Shown here piece by piece: positions 10,338 to 19,921 of a stretch of 19,921 nucleotides of DNA. Under the pieces are notes generated by a model. The model had not been told where the DNA came from. It was given only the letters and a program-made list of their open reading frames with translations, and made no database searches. A program made the position numbers and the translations under genes. The stretch is taken from positions 1 to 19,921 of the forward strand of contig NW_021824156.1 of NCBI RefSeq assembly GCF_006345805.1, read 5' to 3'. The DNA is from Octopus sinensis (Eukaryota). Every line of letters begins with the position of its first letter. The first letter of the stretch is position 1.

Positions 10338-10381
10338 TAATAATAATACCAGGAAATAAAAAAAAATAATAGTTTCTGAGT

Positions 10382-10578
10382 TAAGCACAAGGTCAGGAAT
10401 TTCGAATGGGGATAATAACACGATACTATTCACTCCAGTGTTGGAGTGGACTCCAGAAGGATGATATGCAAAGCTATCTCCAGCGAGACTTGAACCCACA
10501 ACGTGAAGAACCGAAACAAATACCTTATAGCATTTTTTCCGGCAATCAAATGCACGAATGTACTAGCTCGCTGCCTTA
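10382..10578 (-). mobile_element. Diverged Nin/Deu-like SINE (donor of the inverted duplication)
   Basis: The minus strand has head TAAGGCAGCGAGCTAG, B-box GGGTTCAAGTC, core CTTTGCATATCATCCTTCTGGAGT and tail CCTTGTGCTTA. It is similar to 4731-4962. Confidence 0.7.
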
Positions 10579-10580
10579 TA

Positions 10581-10795
10581 ATTTCTGATTTAGGCACAAG
10601 GTCAACAGTTATGAGGAGAAGTATTAAAGCGATATCTTCGACCCAGTACATGACTGGTACATTATTTTATCATCCGCCTGATGGATGAAAGGGAAAGTTG
10701 ACCTCGATGCGAATTGAACTCAGAGTGTGAAGAGCTGGAAGAAATACTTCGAAACATATCCTGCAATCCACGTTTGTATCGATCGTCTGCTGTTA
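10581..10795 (-). mobile_element. Second diverged Nin/Deu-like SINE, head-to-tail with the previous copy
   Basis: Minus strand reads GAGTTCAATTCGCATCGAGGTCAACTTTCCCTTTCATCC...GTACCAGT...GGGTCGA and has the tail CCTTGTGCCTA. Confidence 0.65.
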
Positions 10796-10985
10796 AACTG
10801 TTTCTCAAAATGTCTGAAATTTGTCTGAAATTTGAAATTTGAGGTTGTTGGGAGGTCGACTAAAACGATTTCACGATTAAACTGATGCTTTATTTTTATC
10901 AACACCAGTTGGATGAAAGGTAAAGAAAGGTGGTTTCTAATTTAGACAAGTTTAACAGCAGAATTTTCATGACTGGAGTTCCATG

Positions 10986-11090
10986 ACGTTGTGGGTTCAA
11001 ATCTCGCTGGAGATAGCTTTGCATATCATCCTTCTGGAGTGAATAGTATCGTGTTATTATCCCCATTCGAAATTCCTGACCTTGTGCTTA
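10986..11090 (+). repeat. 105-bp inverted copy of 10382-10504 (partial SINE)
   Basis: The reverse complement matches the left arm with one substitution, apart from an 18-bp insertion in the left arm. Confidence 0.93.
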
Positions 11091-11539
11091 TATTTTAATA
11101 TCACTTTTCCCTTTGTAAAGGTGTGAGTCGTGTTTCCTATCTTATCTTTCTAGCATTAGAGATCTTTCCATTGCTGAATCAGGAAGAGCATATATTTCGG
11201 TTCTTGATCAGTTGCAATTTCTTTTTATAGTAAAGCATTCAGGTTTTTAAGTCTGCCAGTAACATGGCGAGTATTTCATCGATTTAGTACGTCCTGGTAA
11301 TCTAAGAGACGAAATACGTAACTTAAATATGTAAAGGTCGTATCTTTGCATCACCGGTTTCACTCCAAAGAATGACCAGAAGTTGTAGTTTTATCTTTCA
11401 CTCCTCCTCCTGGACACTCCATTAAGTTATTCTAGCACTACAGTGTACGTTGGCTCCAGTCAATGCTTATTGCATGAATTTCTAACTTTCCTTCGGAAGA
11501 CGCCGAGACGCAAGCCAGAAGATACTGTAGATCCAACAA

Positions 11540-11735
11540 ATATATGTATGTGTGTGTTTGTATGTGCGTATGTGTGTGTGTGTTTGCTTATGTGTATGTA
11601 TGTATGCATGTATATATGTATGCAAGCATGTATGTATGCATGAAGAAAGAGAGAAATATATGTATACACAACGCACAGGTGCACATACAAACATACACAC
11701 ATGGATTGACAGACATATATATATATATATAATAT

Positions 11736-11783
<48 letters not shown>

Positions 11784-11812
11784 TATAGATAGATAGATAG
11801 ATAGGTATACGA
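11540..11812. repeat. (TG)/(TATG)/(AT)/(AGAT) compound microsatellite
   Basis: Direct reading. Confidence 0.9.
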
Positions 11813-11909
11813 GTGTATATAAATTCAAATATAAGTGTGCGTTTGTGAATAATTAATAAAAATGCAATTCTTTACGTATCTGTATGTGAGCATATATTTA
11901 TTATTAAAA

Positions 11910-11955
11910 TCTATATATTACATATAAATGTATTACGTATATATGTATATAGACA

Positions 11956-12000
<45 letters not shown>

Positions 12001-12120
12001 CATACAAACATATATTGTATATATGTATTTTATAAATATATATATACATGCATATACATAAAAATATAAAAATATGAGAGAAAGAAAGAAAGAAAGAAAG
12101 AGCAAATGAGTGAGTGTGCG
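11910..12120. repeat. (AT)n-rich tract with (GAAA)n
   Basis: Direct reading. Confidence 0.88.
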
Positions 12121-12836
12121 TGTTTGAATACACACGCTCTAATTTTCATTCGACTGCAGCTTTCTGACGTAAAATGGCTGTTAACGTATCCACTGGGAGC
12201 AGACGATAACTTTAGGAGAAGACAATGACGAGAACGAAACGAACTCTGAAAGCCATTTACAATGACAATGAAACATAAAAAATTATTACAATGGAGTTGC
12301 ACAATGACGTTAAGGTAGTATAATGGCAAAATTGAATGAGCGAAGATGCTATAAAAATAGAAATGGATGCACTGGATGACGTACGCAAACAATTCTATAT
12401 ATACTGAAATTTTCTTTTTGATTAGAGACAGAAGATAAATACCTTGTGGCATTTGTTAATGACTCACAAAAAGAAAAAGAGAGAAATAATTTCATAACTT
12501 AACAATTAGAATATCTTTTTATTACTTTCGTGGTTAAGGAGAAGTCTGATTTTTGATAGCAGAGACCATGTCAGTAAGGATATATTTTGCTCATTTGTGA
12601 ACCGCGTCAGCAAGCCATATGCAACGAAAATTCGCTCGATTTGTTAAAAGAGGTTTTTACAAAAAATATAAATAGTAACGAATAATTTTTGACGAGCAGT
12701 AATTTGCATAAAGCAAAATTAAATCTCGGATTACTGAAATAATCTCTTCTTATATTTCTGAGTCACTAATGGACGACACTTGATCTTTCGTCTTTCTCTA
12801 ACTAGAAGAGAAAATCCAGTTGATGCTATTGCTATT

Positions 12837-12837
<1 letters not shown>

Positions 12838-12920
<83 letters not shown>

Positions 12921-12933
12921 CCTATCTATCTAC

Positions 12934-13003
<70 letters not shown>

Positions 13004-13147
13004 GACTGTCTGTCTGTCTTTCTTTCTTTCTTTCTCTCTCTTTCTCTTACTCTCTCTCACACATAATGTATATATATTCATGCATTCACACTGACACAGG
13101 TACAGACACACACATACACACATACGCACACACACACACACACACAT

Positions 13148-13200
<53 letters not shown>
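12838..13200. repeat. Long (TCTA)n array followed by (CTGT), (CTTT), (CA)n and (TA)n
   Basis: Direct reading; ~165 bp of nearly pure TCTA. Confidence 0.95.
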
Positions 13201-13204
<4 letters not shown>

Positions 13205-13473
13205 CTCAGAGTCAGAGACTGCTTGCTGCTTCAAGGCGTGTTATTGAACCTTGCCTAGGTTATATCTACAATGCACGAAACTGTTAATAGCTCGTAACTG
13301 TACGCTATGTGCATTAAATAATATTTATCCCTCACTGGGCGAAGTACTTTTTTTCTTACCTTAACGGAAATTATGAGAGTGCGTGTGCACGCGCAAGTGT
13401 GTGTTTGTGTGGGGTGGGGATGTAGGTATGCATTTTTGGCGGTAAAACGTGAAAACTTGTGCTCTCATCCGAT

Positions 13474-13795
13474 TGGAACACTCCGTCGGTTACGACGACG
13501 AGGGTCCCAGCTGATACGATCAACGGAACAGCCTGCTCGTGGAATTAAGGTGCAAGTGACTGAGCAACCCACAAACACGCGTACCCCTAACGTAGTTCTT
13601 GGGGAGATTCAGCGTGACACAGAGTGTGACGAAGCCGGCCCTTTGAAATACAGGTACATCTCATTTTTGTCAGCTGAGTGGACTGGAGCAAGGTGAAATG
13701 GAGTGTCTAGCTCAAGGACACAACGCATCGCCGGGAATCGAACTCACGACCTTACAATCGTGAGTCGAATACCCTAACCACTAAGCCACGCGCCG
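13474..13795 (-). mobile_element. tRNA-derived SINE sharing its 3' body with 1066-1456 but with a different head/core
   Basis: A-box TGGCTTAGTGG, B-box GAGTTCGATTCC and core GTGTCCTTGAGCTAGACAC...CTCCAGTCCACTCAGCTG. A 9-bp TSD TCATCCGAT lies at 13465-13473 and 13796-13804. Confidence 0.92.
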
Positions 13796-14117
13796 TCATC
13801 CGATACGGTACCCATGAACAACATGCAAATATGGGCTTTGAAATCCGGGGTAACATGTAGTTTCCCTACAATATGCGACAAGAGGAAACAGGAGGAAAAT
13901 ACCTGCTATGATGGAGCCGTCAATAGGCAGAGGATGAGGAATGGTGTACCTGAAGAGAGCTGAAGGAACATGGTCACTTGAAATCTCCGTTCAAGCATAT
14001 TTGCTACAACACCTATTCTGTGCCTATTCTATCATTGGTGAATTCTATTTATTAGGACGAAATCTCTAAAAAAATGGACCAGGTCTTTGAGAAGGTCGTG
14101 CACGAGTTGAAGGTAGA

Positions 14118-14440
14118 GAGCCCCTTCGGTCATGATTAACCATGGGAATACATGTACAAAGTTCCCGTTCGAAGCCCAAGTCCAGGCAAGTTTGTTTATG
14201 GAAGACCAGCAGTTTCCCAAGAATACCAGCCTCCCCTCTTCACGCCAAGGGAAAGGCAAAGGGGTCGATACAACTTGGAACCAGTGACGACGCAACTCAT
14301 TTCTACAGTTGAGTGAACTGGAGCAACGTGAAATGAAATGTCTTGCTCAAGAACACAACACACAGCCTGGTTCAGGAATCGAACTCACTACCTCGTGATT
14401 GTGAACCCGACGTTCTAACCACTGATCCATGCGCCCTCAC
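14118..14440 (-). mobile_element. tRNA-derived SINE: head/core like 13474-13795, different 3' body
   Basis: A-box-like TGGATCAGTGG, B-box GAGTTCGATTCC and core GTGTTCTTGAGCAAGACA...CTCCAGTTCACTCAACTG. A possible 6-bp TSD AAGGTA lies at 14110-14115 and 14442-14447. The 3' boundary is approximate. Confidence 0.82.
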
Positions 14441-14780
14441 AAAGGTACTTGGCACGAAAGAAACAAGCCGTAAACTGAATAGATCATATCAAAAGCTTGG
14501 AATTGAGTAGCGACAAGTTTATGACACGTCGGTTCCAAGGCAATTTTCTTGCAATTCCAGAACAAGAGGTCACCACCAAGCACCTGCAGTCTAAAAATCA
14601 GGAAACCAGGGTTACCAGTTCTAGATTTTAAAAGTACTAATATCGACAGCTTAAAGGCACTTACAATGCCTTTAAGCTGTCGTAAAAAAATAAAAAATAC
14701 TTAACCAAAGCATCACATAAACATGTATAAATATCAAAAGATTATATTGAAATTTCAATTCTAAATATGCAGCACGGATT

Positions 14781-14830
14781 TTTGTCAGTGGACAGGTCGC
14801 GGATTTTAGCGACGAAAATATTTTGACAAA
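14781..14830 (+). ncRNA. Hammerhead-like fold with variant core (possibly a dead copy)
   Basis: UUUGUCA-GUGGACA-G-GUCGC(GGAUUUUA)GCGAC-GAAA-AUAU-UU-UGACAAA has a 7-bp stem I, a 5-bp stem II, GAAA and a palindromic stem III. The core has a G3:C8 swap, A6 replaced by G, and one extra nucleotide. Confidence 0.4.
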
Positions 14831-15080
14831 TTAAACTTAAATGTTGAAGTGAATCGAACAGCTTTTGTGTGTTTCTTAAATGGCTTACAAACACCTTCCA
14901 CGCTGCAATTGTTTTCGTTCCAGCACACGATCTCAGATCAAATCACTTGCTATGCGAGTACATCTCCGTAATTCTAAATAATTTAAATTAAATCAAATAA
15001 ATTTAATTTTTTACCTCATAATATTTTGGAAGATTTACCGATCAGTTTCTTTTGGTGCAGAACCTGCAGTTTCACATGAT

Positions 15081-15716
15081 TTATAAGCGTCCGTTGATCC
15101 AGTCTTCTTTAATATCTTTTAGTGTTTCTCTGCTTAGACGGTTACTCTCATTTGATTCTATAAAATTCTCTTCTGATCAACATAAGTTGAGAAGTGTTAA
15201 AGCCAATTTAGACAAATGTTCAAATGGACTTTTTCCCTCCATCCGAATCCCTATACGATGATACTTCAATCCAGAAAGAAATTGTGTCGGAAATCTATGC
15301 ACATTGTACATTGTCCAAATTTTTCCATTGACAATCAATTTGATCCGAATCTCTGAATTTTCAGTAGAATGCGTTGAAAGGTCTATAATTCCAGGATTTA
15401 TCGGACTGAGAGTTTCTGTTACACTAAAATAACTCATTGACTGTAAAATTATCTGGAAGATGCAATTTAATTTGCCTTTAAAACGTCCACAACAAATTTT
15501 ATACATCGGTCTCTTATCTCAATAAATTAGATCAATAAATTTACACTCTGAGATTTTCTCCTCAAATTGATAACCAAGATTTGTCTTTGGATCTAAATAA
15601 TCCTGCACTGAATCATTTTCATTTGGCTTCTCTCCTGACATTATAATCATTGAACTGGGGGAAGCAATGGGATGCTAAAGATCATTCAATAATTTAGTAG
15701 TGTCTTGTGTTCCTAC
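15081..15716 (-). pseudogene. Decayed hAT-superfamily transposase, C-terminal half including the dimerisation domain
   Basis: Collinear minus-strand motifs: DTTKLLNDL (~15677-15704), YLDPKTNLGYQFE (15561-15599), ILQSMSYFSVTETL, IDCQWKNL, DTISFWIEVSSYRDSDG (15238-15285), PFEHLSKLALTLL (15189-15227) and NRLSRETL (15120-15143). Stops and frameshifts are present. Confidence 0.75.
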
Positions 15717-16039
15717 TTCAATTTTTTTCTTTCTTTGTCTGTTGTTTTCTTTTTCTTTTTCTTTTTTTTTTGCACTTCAGAAACCATTTACTAAATAAAG
15801 ATTAGGAAAACAGTTTTTCTTGCTACAAAATTTTCTAGCCGGAATTTTGGATAGAAAATTCCGAATAAAATTCTAACATCTCTTTAATGGAAAAGTACTA
15901 ATTTTACCACTCAAACATAATAAAAGCACCAAAAATTATGCAGGTACGTTGCTCCATGGATTTCGCGCTGAAAATAGTAAAAACAAAAGCATTAAATTTT
16001 TAATTTCGATTGTCAACGGGTAAGTTGTAGACTTCATAA

Positions 16040-16345
16040 TTCTAAGCGTGATCATTTTTTAGTGGATGAATGGAGTTGCATCATCTCTTCATGCTTTGCT
16101 CCCCGTGCGTTGGTACATATCCTGTTGCTGTTACTGGATTTGCAATGGTTCTCGGATGTCCACTTTGTGTATTTTTTCTCACTACATTGGTGGAGGTCAG
16201 AGGGCAGCTTATTTCCACAACAGAACATTTTGTTTCTTGTGGTCCCACACAAATATATTTATCCGGTTTTGGTTTAACTTGGTGACTATTTAATTTTGTA
16301 AGGTCCACCAATATTCTTTTCACTCATAAGTCTCAATATTGTCAA
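16040..16345 (-). pseudogene. Possible piggyBac (PGBD-like) transposase remnant
   Basis: TILRLMS...SPS...IYLCGTTRNK..LPSD....KW loosely resembles VLRLM...YTSP.L...ACGTVRKNR..LP. Heavily decayed. Confidence 0.3.
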
Positions 16346-16692
16346 CTTCGTCTGTTGGTTTTTTTTTACGTTAAAACTGTGATGTTGTTGGTAAAACATG
16401 TTCTTTGTCTAACTCCTTATCCTCTTGGAGATTTTGGATAAAATTATATTAATGTGTCCTTCAAATTTAATCAAATTCTATGTTTTTTGTGCAGCTGAAG
16501 ATTGGTCTACATTTTAAATTGATGTAATGTTTGCATTGTTCAATTAAATGGAGTCGCATGAAACGAACGTACTGCATTACCTCTGGATATCCTTGTTGCT
16601 TATTTTGATTATAATCACCTTATTTTAAATTGCATGGATAATACCATACTAAATTCTGGTACCTCAACTTAAGTACCACATTCATCTGAATC

Positions 16693-16695
<3 letters not shown>

Positions 16696-16725
<30 letters not shown>
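16696..16725. repeat. (AT)n microsatellite
   Basis: Direct reading. Confidence 0.9.
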
Positions 16726-16728
<3 letters not shown>

Positions 16729-17214
16729 AGCACATATATGTATACGTAGTTATACCACTACTTACGTATCCATATATCAAATTACTTATCTACCAATATG
16801 TTTTCATATGTATGTCTGTATATGATTACGCTGAGAATTTAGCTAAGCGAATTTATTAATGTGAGCGCGCATGCGTGTTGTGACATGTGAATAGATCTAC
16901 TACCATTTCCTTTCAAAATTAAACTTTCAGAGAAAACGTTTGTGAGTAGCATTTCCGAATAAACAGCGAATAATACCATTAGTAGACATAACCTACCATT
17001 TAAGCTGATATTCTCATGTGAACATTTCCAAAGAAGTAGTTTTGTTTTGAGAGGAAAATATGCATATTTTAGCATAAATTTATTTTACGCTTTGCTGTTT
17101 GATAGTGAGTATGGTAACCTATACGTGTAGCATTTGTTGTGTCTATAAGAGTTCATAAAAGTGAAGATATATGGAAATCTATGCTAATTATTCAATAAGT
17201 AGTAATACTCCTGT

Positions 17215-18060
17215 ATGCATGTGTGTGAGTATGTGGGAGTGAGTGTGTGAGTGTGTGTGAGTGAATGTGTGTGTGAGTGTGTATGTGTGAGTGTGTATGT
17301 GAGAGTGTGTGTGATTGTATGTGTGTATGTGTGAGTGTGTGTCTGAGTGTGTGTAATTGTGAGTGTGTGCATGTGTGAGTGTGTATGTGAGAGTGTGTGT
17401 GATTGTATGTGTGTATGTGTGAGTGTGTGTCTGAGTGTGTGTAATTGTGAGTGTGTGCATGTGTGAGTGTGTATGTGTGTGTGAGTGTGTGTGTGTGTGT
17501 GAGTGTGTGAGTGTGTGCGTGAGTATGTGTAATTGTGAGTGTGTGCATGTGTGAGTGTGTATGTGAGAGGGTGTGTGATTGTATGTGTGTATGTGTGAGT
17601 GTGTGTAATTGTGAGTGTGTGCATGTGTGAGTGTGTGTGTGTGTGTGAGTGTGTGAGTGTGTGCGTGAGTATGTGAGTGTGTGAGTGTATGTGTGTGAGT
17701 GTGTGAGTGTGTATGTGCGAGTGTGAGTCTGTGTGTGTGAGTGTATGCGTGTGTATGTGTGAGTGTGTGTCTGAGTGTATGTGTGTAAGTGTGTGTGTGA
17801 GTATGTATGTGTGTGTGAGTGTATGTGTGTGTGAGTGTATGTGTGTGTGAGTGTGTGTGAGTGTGTGCTTGTATGTGTGCGTGTGTGTGTACGTATTGCT
17901 TGCATGTATACGCGCTTCTATATCTATGCTTCAAATGTATATATGCATTATTGTCTATACGCGCGTATATGTAAGTCATGTGTGTCTGTTTGAGTGTGTG
18001 TATCTGTGTGTGTGTGTGTGTACTTTGGTGTATGTATGTGTGTGTTTATGTATCTACGTC
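17215..18060. repeat. ~850-bp (GT)n-derived complex tandem array with higher-order units
   Basis: GTGA/GTAT/GCAT variants in a GT backbone. An 88-bp perfect tandem pair lies at 17291-17378 and 17379-17466. Confidence 0.93.
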
Positions 18061-18297
18061 TTTGTGTTCGTTTTTGTCTTTATGCTTACCTAGTGTATGA
18101 GCCGGTGTTAATAAAAACCCTTGACCAATCCGTTTGTTATGTGGAGATCATGTGACATCAGCACCAGAATGAAATAAAGAAATGAGCAAATGAGTTCATT
18201 TCAATCAGCTAGAGGTCACTGAAAGCGGCGCTCCAGCCTGGCCACACTCTAAAGGCAGAAAGCAACAAAATAATAAAAGAACATATATATAAAAGCA

Positions 18298-18512
18298 CTA
18301 GCAGTATCGCCCGGCGTTGCTCGGGTTTGTAACGGAAATAACTATATAAGCATTTTTAGAGAGTTACTTCCCTTATATAACCCGAGCAAAAATCATTAAA
18401 AATGCGGAAAAATGATGGTAATTTTTTTTTTATTCGTAGACTCATCGTAGACGCGCGCTAATACCCAGCAGGGCTCGATATGAATGACGACTATAAGATA
18501 CCCGCTTTTGGT
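18298..18512 (-). mobile_element. Non-autonomous Helitron, 3' half with intact CTAG
   Basis: Reverse complement of the 3' two-thirds of 3365-3669. CTAG is at 18298-18301, with the hairpin CCCGGCGTTGCTCGGG next to it. Confidence 0.85.
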
Positions 18513-18656
18513 ATATAAAGAAATGAGTAAAGGAGTTCATTACAATCACCTAAAAGTCACTGAAAGCGGTGCTCCAGAATGGCCGCACTCTAAAGACAGA
18601 AAGCAACAAAAGAATAAAAGAACATATCACTTTGTCAATACAAATATATAAAAGCA

Positions 18657-18961
18657 GTATCAGTATCGCCCGGCGTTGCTCGGGTTTGTAAGAGAAATAA
18701 CTATATAAGCATTTTTAGAGAGTTACTTCCCTTATATAACCCGAGCAAAAATCATTAAAAATGCGGAAAAATGATGGTAATTTTTTTTAAATCGTAGACT
18801 CATCGTAGACGCGCGCTAATACCCAGAAGGGCTCGATATGAATGACGACTATAAGATACCCGCGTTTGGTTAAACTGCACCGCAAAATGTGGGAGTAGTT
18901 AGGAATCTAAATCGGAGTAGACAGTCACACACACACACAACTTTAGTTTTATATATAAAGA
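18657..18961 (-). mobile_element. Non-autonomous Helitron, full length, 3' CTAG altered
   Basis: The 5' A|TC end is at 18961. It is collinear with 3365-3669, but the terminal tetramer reads ATAC rather than CTAG on the minus strand. Confidence 0.87.
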
Positions 18962-18965
18962 TATA

Positions 18966-19272
18966 GAGGGCTTGGACAAAATAATGGAAACACCTTGAAA
19001 TTTCAAACAAATTTATTTTAATATGGGGTAGGACCACCTTTGGCAGTAATTACAGCTCGAATTCTCCTGTTTGAATGTCCGATACATCTATCTTCATTAC
19101 CTTTTTCTGATGTTATCTGAAAAGAAACAGCAATTTTAGCAAAACATATTAAGCAACACTAATAATAAATTAGACAAAAAATAAAAATAAAGAAGTTTTT
19201 GACGGTTTTATAGATATTTCAAAATTATGATTCTATGATGCTTGGTGTTTCCATTATTTTGTCCAACCCCTG
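18966..19272. mobile_element. Tc1/mariner-type non-autonomous element (MITE or deletion derivative), 307 bp
   Basis: 29-bp TIRs (18966-18994 and 19244-19272, 27/29 match; CAGGGGTTGGACAAAATAATGGAAACACC) are flanked by TA at 18964-18965 and 19273-19274. No ORF. Confidence 0.88.
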
Positions 19273-19409
19273 TATATATGCTTTCTGGGGAGTAACCTCA
19301 ATCCTATAAATATTACCAAAATGAAGTAGTTTATTTTTGGGCCTGTGGAAGACACACGAGATGTCGAAATATCGTTCATTTGATAACAGCCACACTATTC
19401 TTTATTGCT

Positions 19410-19512
19410 TTATTATTATTATTATGATTATTATTACTATCATTAATTATGTATATATATGTGTATTTATATGTATATATATATAATATATATATAATAT
19501 ATATATATATAT
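19410..19512. repeat. (ATT)n/(AT)n low-complexity tract
   Basis: Direct reading. Confidence 0.85.
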
Positions 19513-19921
19513 CAACAATCAAGGAACGGCCATAATAGCCATTCACCCACTAGAAATAACAGCCACAGCTTCAACCGCATAAAAATCAATTCCGATAACA
19601 GGAGAAAAATTAAAAAACATTTACCCTGTATTTCTTATACGATGCAACCTCATCTGCTGTTTAATGGTAAACTAACCTGATTAAATCAATCAAGCCAATC
19701 TCCATAGGCCCTCAGATTCTTGTAAGAAATAGCCAGTGGAACAGATATTTTCACGAGGCATTTCCGACCCTGCCCAGGCATATCGACCTAAATTTTCAAA
19801 TCATCGCACTCGCGCCAATTATCGGCAGCAAATAAATATAAGCCGTATTCCATTACGGAATTAACCAGAAAATTCATAATAATCAATCGTTGGTGGCAAA
19901 ATTCACAAATTTTTGCCACCC

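Noticed and set aside
12150-12420. Coding-looking purine-rich stretch
   Set aside because: All plus frames are interrupted by stops, and I recognise no domain or convincing splice pair.
14900-14945. Possible hammerhead on minus (CUGAGAU...CGAAAACAAUUGCA)
   Set aside because: The core lacks G8-A9, stem III does not close with U16.1, and there is no stem I.
17184-17979. Long His/Thr-rich ORFs (up to 263 aa)
   Set aside because: These are translations of the (GT)n-derived array, open in all three minus frames, which is a repeat artefact.
19690-19800. Possible minus-strand exon (TTTAG...CAG|GTTAGT)
   Set aside because: All three frames hit a stop before the donor site, and the polypyrimidine tract is weak.
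19892-19920. 10-bp inverted repeat GGTGGCAAAA / TTTTGCCACC
   Set aside because: It is short and at the window edge, so its context cannot be judged. It could be a TE end continuing beyond the window.

Overview
Very AT-rich, microsatellite-dense animal non-coding DNA. It is probably an octopus/coleoid genome, inferred from the look of the SINE families and not from a database search. I find no intact host gene, tRNA, rRNA or CRISPR array, and almost every listed ORF is a microsatellite or repeat artefact. The window is a mosaic of mobile DNA: at least nine tRNA-derived SINE copies or fragments (three with clean TSDs), a CR1-like LINE 3' end, a Dong/R4-like LINE endonuclease region, decayed Helitron, hAT and possibly piggyBac transposase fossils, short non-autonomous Helitrons and a Tc1-type MITE. 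The most interesting signal is a complete minimal type I hammerhead ribozyme on the minus strand (5571-5613). It sits next to a ~1.9 kb G-poor modular non-coding body, as expected for a Penelope-like non-autonomous element or retrozyme. A second hammerhead-shaped fold with a variant core lies at 14781-14830 (+). Other highlights are a near-identical 105-bp inverted duplication of an old SINE, a 53-bp hairpin, and a tandem duplication of a Helitron 3' half with its flank.
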